The notes under the pieces: generated by a model
Databases searched by the model: none
Seen by the model: only the letters and a program-made list of their open reading frames with translations
Told to the model about the DNA's origin: nothing
Shown here: positions 11,535-25,918 of the stretch, piece after piece
How positions within the stretch are numbered: position 1 is the first letter of the stretch
Layout: the number at the start of each line of letters is the position of its first letter
Made by a program: the position numbers and the translations under genes
Source of the DNA: Octopus vulgaris
Lineage: Eukaryota
Direction of reading: 5' to 3'
NCBI GenBank assembly: GCA_951406725.2
Contig: OX597819.1
Coordinates: 107,694,001-107,758,000, forward strand
Length of the DNA: 64,000 nt

Positions 11535-11975
11535 AAGGCGAACTAGCAAAATCGTTAACGAGCCGGGCAAAGTACTTAACGTTATTTAAAGCGTTCTTAC
11601 GATCTGAGTTCAAGTTCCACCAAGGTTGATTTGGGTCTTTCGACGTTGATAAAAATAACTACCAGTTGTACACTCTGGTCGGTGTAATCGATTATCTCCC
11701 TTCCCCTTGCATTGCTGGCACTGAGCCAGAATCTGAAATCAATAATTAAGTTTTGGTGAGGCAGCAAGCTGGCGGAATCGTAAGCACGCCGGACAAAGTA
11801 CTTAGCGGCATTTCGTCCGTCTTTGCATTCTAAGTTCAAATGCCACCGAAGTCAACCTTGCCGTGCATCCTTGCAGACTCGATAAAATAAGCACCAGTTG
11901 AGCCCTGGGGTCAGTGTTATCGACTTATCTCCTCCCTCGACTTACTGGCATTGTGCAAAAATTTGAAAGCAATAA
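11535..11975 (+). mobile_element. Two SINE family B copies
   Basis: GGCGAACTAGCAAAATCGTTA and GGCAGCAAGCTGGCGGAATCGTAAG heads, each followed by the family B core. Confidence 0.75.
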
Positions 11976-12524
11976 TTATGTTTTAGTTGACAGCAATGGA
12001 GAACAATACCAAAGCAACGATTTCATCTCTGACTGATGTTGGCCCTTTCACGGCGGTCATATTACGACAGCTGTTGGTAAAAGCAAAAGGTTTAACAGTT
12101 GTTAACTGAATGAACTGAGTGAAACTTAGATATAGCAACATATTAAGGACTAGTTATCGATGGTCATTAAATCAGACAGGGATTTTTGAAATGTGTCGTA
12201 ACGTATGATGAAAAGGCAGTCGTATTTGATAGTAAAGTCGATCAGCAGCATAGCTAAACAAGAATAAAGAGCCGATTCATATGCCAAATCCATTGTTGCA
12301 CACCATAAGATTAAGGTGTTAAGATTGAGGTTTTAGGGTTTGTAACATTGTAGTTTCGATCCCTGGACCGAAAGATGCGTTGTGCTCTTCAGCCAAAAAC
12401 TTCATTTCATGTCCACTCAGCGTCCTGTCCATAGGAGAATATATGCGACAAAGAAACCAGGAAACCGACCATATGAGTCTATATATGTAGGATAAGATCT
12501 TTATCCTTTATTTTTTCAAACGAC

Positions 12525-12640
12525 AGAATGAAAGGCGAAGTTGACCTTAGCGGGATTTGAACTCAGGATATAAAACAACCAAAGTAAGGTACAAATCATT
12601 TTGTCTGATGCTCTAACGATTCTGTCAATCTACTACCCTT
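12525..12640 (-). mobile_element. SINE family B fragment
   Basis: GAATGAAAGGCGAAGTTGACCTTAGCGGGATTTGAACTCAG. Confidence 0.7.
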
Positions 12641-12648
12641 ATATATTA

Positions 12649-14218
12649 CATAATCCAACAGGTATTTTGTTGTCAGTATATTTTTATCTGATTTGAATGT
12701 TTTTTGATATGCTGAATTGAAAGAGGGAATCCATTTTTACCATTACGTCTAGATTTTAAGCTACACCCCCACACTAATTATCGCAAGTTTCCTCATTTTT
12801 CGGAAAAATACATTGTTTCCCTGTGAAATTTAGTAGAAATCCTCGCGAGCTTGATGACCAGGAAGTATCAACCGAACCAGAGGAAACCAAAGATGGTCCG
12901 GATTATTTTGGCACTAGCTCATCAGACTCGCAGCTATTTTCATCAAAATGAACTCAATGGACTTAGTAAGGGACCTGCACTTATTAAAAGAATCTGCGGA
13001 AGTTCATGCGTCTCCATTAAAGGAAAAAAGCCTTCTTAAAGAAGGAACCAAAGTCACCTTCTACCACATTAGTGATGCTGATTTTTTTCTGTTCTTTGCC
13101 TAAGATAGTGCATTGCACAAACATTGAGGGAATTCTTTGGGGGATGGGATTTTTTATTGATAACGCAAAAATAATTTTGAAACGTGTTCTACTTCATAAT
13201 AGAAAGATATTGGGCACTGTTCCAATTGCTCACCACAGTCATCAGTGTGTGATATGTATGAACTTTAAGGTGGTCAATTGTGTGGATGCGCCAAATATCC
13301 ATGCTTTACATGTATGTGGGAGAGCAGGGTCAGAAAAAAACAGTAGGGGATGAAAGAATAGTTGCATAAATATTAGTTACAGGGTCTTTTAATGTGCTTG
13401 ACGAGTCTTTAGTTCAACTGGGAAAATCATCCTACCTTCACTCGATATCAAACTTGGTATTATGAAGCAGTTTGTTAAAGATCTGGTAAAGATGAACCAT
13501 GATTTCACTATTTCTGTAGCGCATTTTTCGGTTTGAGGAGTGGAAAGATAAAAGCTGGAGTATTTGACGGGCCTCAAATTCATTGAATTGCATTGAAGAA
13601 TCAGCATGGAATTCATTTGTAACAGTTGTAAATGACTTTCTTGGCAGCATAAAAACAGCCACCTATGCTGCAATAATCGACAACATATTGGAGTCCTTTC
13701 AAAAGTTAGGTGCAAACATGAACGTAATGCTGCGCTATCACTGCAGAGATCTTGATAAATTCCCTGAAAATCTTGGTGAAACAAGTGATGAACAGGGAGA
13801 TTGCTTCCATCAGGACTTAAAATCAATGGAACAAAGGTATCGAGGCAGATATAACTTGCATATAATCGTGAACCATTACTGGAACTTGGCTCGTAATCTT
13901 CCTGAGGTTCAGTACTCAACCAAATGCAAATTCATGAGAAATTAGGCATAAAAAATTATGAAGAAATTTAAAGATTTTTTATTAGTTTTCTGTAGAATTT
14001 TAAGAAAACATTCTGGTTTTGAAAACCAGTTTCTGTATATACTTGTATGTTTGCCTTGTTCCTCATAAGATGGAAAAACAAAGAAATTTTATAGATGCAG
14101 CATTTTAAAATTTTGACGTGATGTTAATAAATGGTTGTCATTTTTGGATTTAGTGTCAAAAGACCCCTAGGTCCATATGTGTTGACAACACAGAAAACAT
14201 GATTTTTGTTGGTTTGTG
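12649..14218 (+). mobile_element. Degenerate DNA transposon, probably Chapaev3 (CMC superfamily)
   Basis: Termini CATAATCCAACA / TGTTGGTTTGTG flanked by TTA on both sides; transposase relics LPSLDIKLGIMKQFVKDL, KAGVFDGPQI, AWNSFVTVVNDFLG, FPENLGETSDEQGDCFHQDLKSMEQRYRGR. Confidence 0.7.
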
Positions 14219-14269
14219 TTATATAAATAATTAAAACAGCCACTGAGCTTACAATTTGGTGGTGGGGTT

Positions 14270-14855
14270 ATTTAATTTATACTATCGACTCCAGCACTCC
14301 ACTGCTTTATTTTATCGACCATGATTGAAGGAATGAAAGGCAAAGTTGATCTTGGTAGAGGTTGAACTAAGAACGATAAAACATGGAAGAAGTACTGCAA
14401 AGCATTTTATCGGATGCTCTAGCAATTCTGTAAATCCGCTGCCTTTATAGATGATATAAATGTTTTTTTGATTTTGGCACAAGGCATTTTTTGTTTCAAT
14501 ACTTGACCAAATATTGCCTAAGTTCACTCGTAGGATTTGAACCGAGACGGGAAAGAGCTGGAACAAATACCACATGGAATTTCAATTTTCCAATGTTTTG
14601 ACGAGTCTGCAAATTCGCTGCCTTAAATGGATGATGTGAAAAACTCATTTTTAGGTCACAAGGCCTAAAATTTGGGGGAAGGGGTATAATCGAATACAGC
14701 GACTCCAATGCTCAACTGGTATTTATTTCATTGACCTCGTAATGACAAAAGGCCAAGTCAAATTCGGTAGAATTTGAATTCAGAACGTAAGGACTAATGA
14801 AATTCCGCTAAGTATTTTCTCTTGTGTGCTAACGATTCTGCCAATTCACTGTCTT
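14270..14855 (-). mobile_element. Two SINE family B copies (degenerate)
   Basis: Reverse-complement core at ~14330-14370 and ~14745-14790. Confidence 0.65.
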
Positions 14856-15249
14856 ATATAAATAACCAAATTATATGAATAATTAAATCATTAAATGTTC
14901 AATCAAAATACTGGCCTTCTGAAGAAATAAACTTTTCCAACCGCACTTTAATAATAATTTGTCAGTTCAAAGAAATCTCCTATATTTAATGATCACAAAA
15001 TCAGTAAAAGCACTAATTCCCTGTTATTGAGTCAAACTTGAAAAGGTGATAATCTGTTGACATGTCAGATGAATATGGAAGATAGTGGAGGACATCAAAC
15101 TTCAAATTTCTAAAGTTAGAGTTAGTAAATGAAAAGATTGGGTTCTAACAATAACAAGAAACAATGTTTGGTCCATGCCCGTTGACTAATGCTGGTTGTT
15201 TGAGGACCAATGGTAAATATATTTCAGTTATCAGTCAACTGTATAATGT

Positions 15250-15665
15250 GTAGCTGTAGTAATATGACCGCCGTGAAACTGTTACAATTTTCAGTACTCC
15301 ATCTAATCGTTGGTTTTATGTTGGTTTCCATTGGTGTTGACTAGGAATAAATTATTAAGAACAAGAATGGTCCTCCGTCGATGTTCATCATTATTATCCA
15401 TATTTTCAGGTTGGCCTTCGAAGCGATCGTTGAACACTGTAGTGTTTTACAGTTCTCACAAAATACTGCATCAACGTTAACATTAGAATGAAGAGCATTA
15501 TTGCCTAATTTGAAATCATACTTGAAAATTAGTCTCAGTTCACGGTCAGGCAGCATTGTTGTTAGGGAATCAAATACTTCCGATAATTGAGCAATTATAG
15601 TTACATTTAAATTGGATCTGAAAACAAAAAGCAATTATGTCAGTAATCTTTCGTAATTAGTATGT
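15250..15665 (-). repeat. Repeat with mariner-like N-terminal HTH remnant (copy 2)
   Basis: MLPDRELRLIFKYDFKLGNNA resembles the mariner start (R.IFLYEFKLG.NA); shares TTTCACGGCGGTCATATTAC with ~12045. Confidence 0.55.
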
Positions 15666-15672
15666 GTATATG

Positions 15673-15726
<54 letters not shown>

Positions 15727-15866
15727 TATATATATATAGATATAGATATATACGTATATATGTGTGTATATATATGTGTGTGCATACACATATATACATA
15801 CAGACGGACATATGTGTTTGTATACAATTTGAAAAATATAATTACTTTTGTAATCTTTCTTAATTA

Positions 15867-15930
<64 letters not shown>

Positions 15931-17239
15931 ATACAAATATACTAATTTCGTAAGATTACTAAAATAATGGCCTTTTTGTTATGTATATGTGCCTGTGTGT
16001 GTATGTATGTAAAGAGTATTTACAGTAATACAAATAAAAATATATATATATATATATATTGGAAGAACTTTATTCAAATATCTATATTTACAGTGATCTT
16101 AAACACTACTCGAATATGACTTTCTATTGTCCATGAGGTGAATATTTTTTATATTCAAGCGGCTACATTTGTTTGTGTGTCTGTTGTTTTCTCTTTCTTC
16201 CTTTAGTCATATTTTTTACGATGTTTTTATTACCAATATCAGTGTGCTGTTATTAGTTCCCAAGTTCCTGAAATAGGAAATGGACAATGCTTTCATATCT
16301 CCACAAAACTGTAACACCTAACCTTTTGGGGATGCAACAATGGATTTCGCATATGACTTAGTCTTCTATTCTTGTCTAGCTATTCTCCAGGCCGCTTTCC
16401 TCATCGTATAATTTCACATTTCAAACATAGATCCTTGTCTTATCTAATGACAATCGACGAATAGATCTCAAGATGTCACTGTATCTAAATTTTATTCAAT
16501 TCAAATTGGAATCAATCTGCAACTTTACTGTTGCTTAGAGCTGTCGTGATATGGTCGCCGTGAAAGAGGCAGTCTTCAGAAAACATTCGATCCATTTTCT
16601 TTGAAATATTTTCTACTGCTATCAATAAGTTTTTATTTACCCTCTTTGAAGGTTTTATTATTGTTATCCATATTTCGAGACTATGTTTATTAAAAGAACG
16701 CTAAACAGTTCACATTCATCATCCAAGAATCGACATTTTCAGAAAATAACTTTAAAGAGAAGAGAATTCACTCACATTTCATTTGGGTAGACGTTCTGTG
16801 GACTAGGGAACTTCGTCAGCACCGAATTTGTAAGTCATAAGAGGAGTAGAGATGAGTATGTCGGATGGATTAGGTAGAATGGTACGCAACGAGCTAGCTC
16901 TGGGAAAGAGAAACCATTGTAGTGACTATAGGAATACTCGTGATCTTTCATTTATCTCTTGATCTCCAAATGTATTTCTTAAGTATTATTGTGTTATTCA
17001 TGAGATGATGATGAATGGGCTGTTGAACTGGTGCACGCAACGTTTGAATAAATGCTCAATAATTACAAGTTAGCATGCCGATATGCTACTTGTTGAGAAC
17101 ATACAACGTCTTTTGGTGGGTATTTACCTTTTATAAGACAGAAAATATATGTCGACTCCTTTCATTCTTCGTATTTTCTTATATTTTCTCTTTGTAACAC
17201 ACCATGGCACTTGGCGCATTTCATGCAGCTCTAGCTCAC

Positions 17240-17395
17240 TTTTATGCTGTTCGCATTGGTCTGCTGCCAGAATATACCTACTCTGCAAATAATTCCGATC
17301 AGAGAAATTAAACACTTTGCAAGATGGCTTTTATTGTATGATGGATTATACCATATAACGTTTTCTCATCAAGTATTTTTAGATTGGTTGCTTCT
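17240..17395 (-). pseudogene. Possible very old Penelope-like linker fragment
   Basis: ENVIWYNPSYNKS resembles IWYNIPY of ORF 9304-10494. Confidence 0.35.
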
Positions 17396-18534
17396 CATAG
17401 TTATTAAAAGGTACTTAATCATTGATACCCCTTGTCTGTTCTTTTCTCCTCTCCATTAAATGTCGGATGTTTGGAAAACAAACTTATTCTTTAGGATACA
17501 TTTGGATGCATTTCTGACAGCGTTTCAGTGTATGATTAGATTGTGTGTGTGTATGTGTGCGTGTGTTTGTATGTGTGCGTATGTGTGTGCGTGCATGTTT
17601 GCGTGCGTGTGAGTGTGTGCAGATGTATTTCAAACAGGCCAATTGCGAAACGAAACAAATTTATATGTAATTAGTTGAATATAGGATTCCACAAGCAAGT
17701 AAAACAGATATCATTCATTTAAAAGTCATGCGTTCCAACATAAAATCTCCTTCGACACCAAGAAAAACACTGCAGCACTTCCAAAATATATATGGAGGTC
17801 AATGTATATAAAAATAGATTTGGATATAACAGCAGCGTTGCAAGGGAAATACTAAACAAGGTACCAACACTTCAGAAATAATCGATTTGCTGTTAGCTCT
17901 GTCTTACAGAAAAACTTTATATCATCCGCCTTTAACGCATTGATACTTGGCATAATACTTTCTCATGAACTTTAATATACAGAAAAAAGTAACCTTGCTT
18001 GTGAACAGATAAAAAGAAACGATGTGAAAGAGCCAGTGAACGCTTAAACTATTATTAGTCCCTTTCAGAATTGAACGAAATCATAGTTCGGATATATACG
18101 AATAACCCCTTAGATTTCTTACAAAATAGTTTATTGAGCACTTTTTGATTTTTGAGCCACAAAACAGAGAAAACATGTATCTACATGTGAGCGTGTGAAT
18201 GTGTTTGTGCGCGCTTTTTGTGTAACATGGAGAAAGAGAAAAAGAGTGTTATAAATATGCATGTTCACTGCACACGTTCCAAAAACTGTTATTCATCGTC
18301 AGGATCATTGCATTTCGCAAGACAAAAAAATGTCGAATTTTACTTGTGAATTATATTTACACTTATGCTATTTAAAAGACTTCTACATAAAACTTTTAAA
18401 CAACTTTCACTTTTCCTCTCATTCTCTCTTCACGCACATACACATACATACATGTGTGTATGTGTACGTGTGCGTGTGTTTGGGTGGATGTGAATATATA
18501 TATATACACATATATACATTTCTTCATATACATT

Positions 18535-18569
<35 letters not shown>

Positions 18570-18771
18570 GCATATACATAAATGAATATGTACATATATA
18601 CATATGTATGCATGTATATATATATATTTATATATGTACATAGGAACATTTACACATATTTGAATATATATATGTGTGTGTGTGTATGCATATATATATA
18701 TATATGTATAGATATATATTTATATATGTGTATCTATATATATGTATGCATGTATATATATATATATATAA

Positions 18772-18857
<86 letters not shown>

Positions 18858-19744
18858 TTCCTACCTGTATTTCCCCTTCCTTTTAGTTCGAAGTATTTCG
18901 ATAACCGAATCTGCGTTTAAAAATTATAGTGTTACATGCGCGCAAGTATAGATGCACGCACGCACGCAAGCACACACGCACATACACACACATATATACA
19001 TATATATTTACATAAATATATATATACTCATACATACATACATACAAACACGCATCCACACATGCATATATATACATACAGACATACATCTCTATATATG
19101 TATACATATACTCCTTACAAAAGCTATAAAATAAAAGCAAATGATAAATTCCTTTGCATATTCTTTCCACTTTTTCTCTTCTTTCCAACGTTAATATATA
19201 TAAAAATTATTCATTTTTAATATCTTCCTATTTTATTATATTCAATTTTGATGCATGTTATATGATATATATCATTTTTTCTATATTTTCAGCATAGTAT
19301 CTTTGATATTTCTTTTCAACTGTTATTGAATGTTTCCAGAGGAATATCTAAAATGAAATATAAATTATTTTAAAAAATACTATTTGCTTTCTTCTTTATT
19401 TTAATTTGTTTCTTTTTAGTTTTCTATTGGTTGATGCTTTTAGGATATATTTGATTTCTTTTTCTGTTTATCATGCATTCAGATGTATATAAATGTATAC
19501 ATACAAAGAAAATAGAAATACATAAAGATGTATATGTATCAGCAGCACATATGTATTTGTGCGGGTATAGACCCGCTGATGAAGGTATCAGATGTCCATA
19601 TATTTTTACAAACGTCTAACTACAAGAAAGAAATCATATCCGAAAGGGTATATATTCATGTAGTTGTGTAGCTTGGATTTATTTTTAAGTTGCTCCTCGC
19701 GTTATCTGTATTTATATGTCATTGTATTGTTCTATAGACGACGA

Positions 19745-20150
19745 TCTGACGGAATTGTTAACACGCCTGACAAAGTGCTTAGTGACTTTTCTTCTGGTTT
19801 TACGTCTGAGTTCAAATTCCGCAGAGGTCGATTTTTTCGTTCATCTTTTCGGGGTCAATAAAATAAGTACGAGTTGAACATTGACTAACCCGTCGTCCAA
19901 AATTTCAGGGTTTTTGCCTATAGAAGAAAGATATTGTTTTATAGCTGGGAGATGGGTTAATAGAATAGTTACAAGGTCAGAAAAATATCTTCCGGTATTT
20001 ACTTTCTGGCTTAAAATCCCGGTCAATGGTCAAATTTTTCCTTCATCCTTTCAGGTTGAGTACGATAATAAACTACCTGTCAAGTACCAGGTTGTATGTA
20101 ATCATCTAAGCCCCTTTTAAAAGTGATGGTCTCGTGCATATTTTTGAAAA
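19745..20150 (+). mobile_element. Two degenerate SINE family B copies
   Basis: GAGTTCAAATTCCGCAGAGGTCGA...TTCATCTTTTCGGGGTCAATAAA and a second, weaker core. Confidence 0.6.
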
Positions 20151-20239
20151 ACTCATTACCTGATATCTGATTATTTTCTTTTTTATTGGGATCTCTACTA
20201 ATCACTTTGCCCGAAAGTAATATTTTCACTATGTCAATG

Positions 20240-20322
<83 letters not shown>

Positions 20323-20724
20323 TGGATGTTTAAATCTTGACAGCTCATTTCTGATTGCGCTTACATATCAAAATATTATCCATCTATGACAATCCTGTCT
20401 TATTCGAACACATTGTGACTGGAACTACATTTTGTAATATGTACTCCATTACATCTAAGATCAAAATCGTTCCCATCCTGTCTGGCGAAGAATATCTTCG
20501 TCCATATTCTCCAAAGTGTCGTCTCATTATTTAAGGCAGCAGCCAGCTTTTCTAAGGAGGTTTGGGTGTTATTTCAAACTTATTGGGTGACTGCGTAACG
20601 ATTCTGTCATTAGTTTTTGTATCTAGTATATGTGCGTGAAAGTGTATGTGTGAAAGTAAATATGTACACACATTAACATACAAACATGTGTGTCTGTGTG
20701 CATATATATATATATGTATATATA

Positions 20725-20827
20725 GGCTCGAAACGTTAAAGACTTTTCACTTCCCGAGCGTTATACTAATACATCTGTTTGTTGTCTACACCACCGGTCT
20801 TCGTCTTTTGTTTTTTTTGTGAATTCT

Positions 20828-20873
<46 letters not shown>

Positions 20874-20905
20874 AGAATTCACACAAAAAAAACAAAAAAA
20901 GAAAC
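20725..20905. repeat. Short inverted repeat facing a central (TA)n; probable pLTR 3' tails
   Basis: TTTGTGAATTCTCCC-(TA)n-GGGAGAATTCACACAAA; left part begins with a GAAACGTTA half-hammerhead. Confidence 0.55.
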
Positions 20906-21107
20906 AAGGAGAGAAAATAGAGAAAATAAAGAGAGAAAATAAAGAATGTGTAGTGACTATATGCAAAAAGATATATGCAAAAAAATATATATAGCAATAA
21001 AAATATATTTTAAAATGTTAAGACATATGAAAGGCTTGTACACGGTCATAGTAAAAAAGCAGGTTCTATCTGTGATATATTTTGGGTGGTTGTCCCATAT
21101 ATATATA

Positions 21108-21108
<1 letters not shown>

Positions 21109-21202
<94 letters not shown>
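21109..21202. repeat. (TAGA)n microsatellite
   Basis: Direct inspection. Confidence 0.95.
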
Positions 21203-21554
21203 TGTATATTAATTGATAAATAGACAGATAGTCAGAGAGTGGAAAAGGGAGATAAAGAAAGGGAGAAAGAGAAAGAAAAGAGAAAAATCTCACATATAAA
21301 CGAAACTATAGTATTGTATTTTAATAGGAAGACGTAGATGTTTGTCGGAGATCTGGAGGGAAAATGTTTAAGAAGACCTATGATAAATAAGAGGGAAGGA
21401 AATAAATATTTTAAAGTGAGTCGAAAATGATTCTTTTGATTTTTTACTTGTAATTTCTATGTAATACAGGAATTTAAAATAATTGCTTTGGAAATGGACT
21501 TTTGTTTTATATTTCCAGAAATATCATGATTCTCGGAAACTCTATAACAATAAA

Positions 21555-21765
21555 AATTGTTTGTTGATGATGATGAGGATGATAATGCTGTTGATGTAAT
21601 TTTTGATGATTTTGTTGATATGTTGGTAATGATGATGTTAGTGTGCTTAATGATGATTTCGTTGATGATGATGCTATTGTATATTATAATGTCATTAATG
21701 ATGATGATGTTGACGACAATGCTATTGATGATGTTGATAATGCTGTTGATGGTTATGTTGTTATT
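21555..21765. repeat. Degenerate (GAT)n low-complexity tract
   Basis: Direct inspection. Confidence 0.85.
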
Positions 21766-23101
21766 TAGTTTCATATCAAATCTGATCTAGCAAATCGATG
21801 ACCACCTAAACTTTCTATATTTCAATATCCAATATATCATTCTTTATTCGCAATAGTGGGCGAGGATTTATGAGAATTTTGGCTAATATTTCTAAGGCGC
21901 TCGCGATATCGCGGGGAAAGCTAGTTTTTAGCATGGCGGAGTGGAAACGACAATAATAATAAAATCTCAACAAAATAAGCAGTTGTGTATGAGTTCTGTA
22001 TGAGAAGAGAATAAAATATAAGCTTATATTATGTCACTCTATACACGATGATTGATTGCTTGATAAATGCATATTTCAGAGTAACTTTCTTTCCTATACA
22101 TTGCATTTTCTGAGAAATATTTAGAAATATAAAATATTTTTCTTCTTCGTGCTAGTTATCATTGCATATTCAGCAGTTCCCTCTAAACTCATTTTTCTCT
22201 TGCTCCAACAGATCTTCCACTTTCATTTCTTATTCTCCATTAAGGCTCAGCATGAAAGGATTATATACATGCTTCTTTGCATCAAGAGCAGCAAACCCTT
22301 TGTAGCCAAAAGATGCAAAACATCTCCGAACTTCTGCACTTTTTTTATTGTCATTATTGTAACTTCACTAAAACTACAACTAACGCTAATTATGTCTTCC
22401 TATAGAAAAATCTAAGTTCTGTAAGCTATCTGATCAACAATTACTGCTAATGATTTCTTTACATTTATCTTAAGAACTTCTTTTTCATAGGTTACCCAAC
22501 GTTTCACTATATCCTTTGCGCTGATTTATTAAATGGTATTTTGCTTCTGTTAGCTCTCTAGATATTCAGTCTCAACACCTACTTTCCGAAAGTCAGCTAA
22601 CGTTTTCAGTTTTACATTATTTTTTATTCCTAAGCAGCAATTGAGTTTTATGCTGCAATCTCAAGCGTTATTCAATATGCTTTAGTGGTTTGGTTTCTAT
22701 TTCTAGCAACTTGAACAATCATTTTGAGACTCTATTGGTTAGAAAAACTATGGAATTTCATGTTCTTAACGTTTTATAAGTGTTAAGCGGTCCTTATTAA
22801 GAAGCTATGATCGCTCGGCCAGCAAAAAATAACTGCTAAATTCCCTTTAACTTTTATCCTATTTTCTTAAAAACGGGGAAGGACACATTGGATAATACAA
22901 TTCAGTGTACACTTCTTCAAGAAAAATTGGATAGCCATGGTTGAAGAGTCTTCGATCCTAGGTCAGCTTGATTAGTAACAAATTGTGACGAAACAACAAT
23001 CACATTTAATAAATCTCTGAGAATAAAGACTTTTAAATATACATTTAAGGATGCAGGTATGTCTGTGTGTGTGTGTATGTATTTGCATGTATGTGTATGT
23101 A

Positions 23102-23175
<74 letters not shown>

Positions 23176-25191
23176 CGTGCGTGGTCAAATGCATTTCGGA
23201 ATGGACAACCATTTCCTCTTACTCCAAGAGATTTGGAGAAGGAAGTTATGACAGTTACGAATTATTCAACGATTATTTGGAGAGTAGGTGAAGTGAAGTT
23301 AAATAGATGTCATCGGAAATCGATAATTTCTATCCTATAGTAGCACTCGACATTCGGCCTATAGATATTATATAATTGGTTCTGACATTTGCTTAAACAT
23401 TTAAGATTGAAGCTCAATTTATATTTTGCAAGTTTCTACATCATAACTTGTATATTACAGTATGAAGTGGGTTTTTAATTTTATGATTGAAATAGTAATT
23501 CCTGTCAATTTTGATTATGCTATTCATCACCGTGTATTTAATAAATGAGGTGTTAGTAATCTTACTGAATCAAATTTAATAAGAAAGCAGCCTAAATATA
23601 TTTTCCTGTAAATGTTTATCTGTAGTTAAAGACATAAATAATAAGACATACGGAAGTTTATATGTTTCATAACTCCGAAGAAGAGCAGCAGCCAGTACGC
23701 TTTCTACAGCCACCGAGAGCGTTGGGAAAATTTATAATCAGACCAGAAATCTGGTTCAAATTTTTGCAGCAAAGTAGACTTCCAATAAAGGAATCCAAGG
23801 GTCAGCTGGACTTTAGTTTTAAACGATTATTTCTATCATCCACGAATATGTAAACTCCCTTATTATCGGCTTCTACGCTGTTTTTTGTCTATCCATTTTC
23901 ACTCATAAGGCATGGGTAATCCAGTCCTAAGGTACACAAGATCCAGACAAGTGTTTAACAGTCTACCGCTCAATAATAGAAGCAATCTATCCGAAAGACC
24001 TCCGCATTTTCTGTCTACACATTTTCCGTCATCGTAGAATAAACTTACTAATTGTGCAACACACCACAATCAAACCCAGAACCACATGATCTAGAAGCGA
24101 ATGTTTTAACCGACCATTTGTTTTTCTTGTTCAGTCCAAAGCCATATACGGTTAAAGGTGTTCCCGCTATCACTATCACCCACTTTCTTAAGAATACACA
24201 GAATTGCATTATCTCTGCGTTTTTTCTATCTATATAAGAAGGTGGGATGTTATTTGAAACATGCTTGCTCATTGCTACTAGCAGTAAAAGCGACAATGTA
24301 GCGGTTCCATTGCTCGCTTCTTTTAAGCATAGAAAATGCTCGAATGTACAAAACAAAAGAGATACATGAATAAAACATATTGCTAAGAATATATTCACGT
24401 ATCAAGTAATGAAATACTCATTACGATTCAGAACGCAAATGATATAGAAGCATCGAGAAATATGTATATAGGTATTTATTAATGATGTCATGGAACGAAT
24501 TCAGAAATAGATAATAGATTATAACATATTGGGTCAAATACCTCAACGAATGACCATGTTACGTAATAATAAATAATCATTTTAATTACATATATAATAA
24601 TGAATTATTTTATTATAATAATGCCTTCAAATTACTATTGCAAAATTAATCGAACGTGAACCAATACATGTGCATCTGCAACGGTTATATTATAAAGTTA
24701 ATCCTCTCATATTCTTAATGCAATTAAGTAATCCATTATCGTGAATTCGAATTAAATCAGATTTCCAATTAAATCAAAGTTAAAATTAGTGCGGCCTTCG
24801 TATACTTTCATACAAATGTAAACATTTCGATAACATATGCATGCATATATGATAATTGTTTTAAATTCTAGTTTTATTAATTTCAGTCAATTAACATTAG
24901 GCCACATTGGAGCACCGCCTTCAAAGACTTAAGTCAAATATATCTACGCCGGATTAGCAGTCATTAATGCATCGCAAAGAATAACTTACGGTATTTATTC
25001 AGGTTTTCTTCACTTTGTGTTCAAATGGGCCAAAATTTTATTTGCTTTCATTTTTTCGGGATCCATTAAAAGTACAACCCTGGGTAGTGGATTCAAAAAA
25101 TATTAAGCGTCGCGTGTGATACCTTGCAGCAATTGTCTGTTCTATTCAGTGTTCAAATCTCGCCTTGTGGCACCAGAAAGAAAGAAAAACA

Positions 25192-25359
25192 TAGTCACAG
25201 GCGTGGATGTGTGGTAAGACGCTTGCTTCCCAACCACATGGTTCCGGATTCAGTCCCACTGTGTGATATCTTGGGCAAACATCGACTATAGCCTCGAGCC
25301 GAGCAAAGCCTTGTGAGTGGATTTGGCAGATGGAAACTGAAAGCTTGTCGTATGCGTGC

Positions 25360-25404
<45 letters not shown>

Positions 25405-25625
25405 TGTGTGTGTGTGTGTATGTGTGTGTGTGTGTGTATGTGTGTGTGTCCATTACCGCTTGCCAACCGGCGTTGATGTGTTGACCTCCCCGTAACTTTG
25501 CGGTTCGGCAAAAGTAACCGATAGAATAAGTATTAAGCTTAAGAAATATGTCCCGGGTTCGTTTTGTTCGACTAAACCCTTCAAGCATTGCAGCAGTGAA
25601 ATTATTTAAGCAAGTAAAAGAATGA
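25192..25625 (+). mobile_element. SINE family A
   Basis: GTGGATGTGTGGTAAG...GGATTCAGTCCCAC...CTTGGGCAA, internal (TG)n, 3' AAGTAAAAG. Confidence 0.85.
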
Positions 25626-25804
25626 AGGAATCTGGAGAGCAACGAAAACGAGTGATAGGCTTTGGAAATCCGTAAACATATCGCTAAGTTCTTCAGCTGT
25701 TGACACACCATGACAGCTAATCGCCTGACAAGTAGGAATGTAAGTGAACTTTCTAGCTTCTGTACGCTAACAGAAAGACTACATACATACATATATACAT
25801 ACAT

Positions 25805-25837
<33 letters not shown>

Positions 25838-25918
25838 TACATACATACATACATACATACATACATACATACATACATACATACATACATACATACATAC
25901 ATACATACATAGGAGGAA

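Noticed and set aside
19560-19665. CTGATGA...GAAA near 19577-19645
   Set aside because: Stems I and III and the NUH triplet do not form consistently; at most a relic
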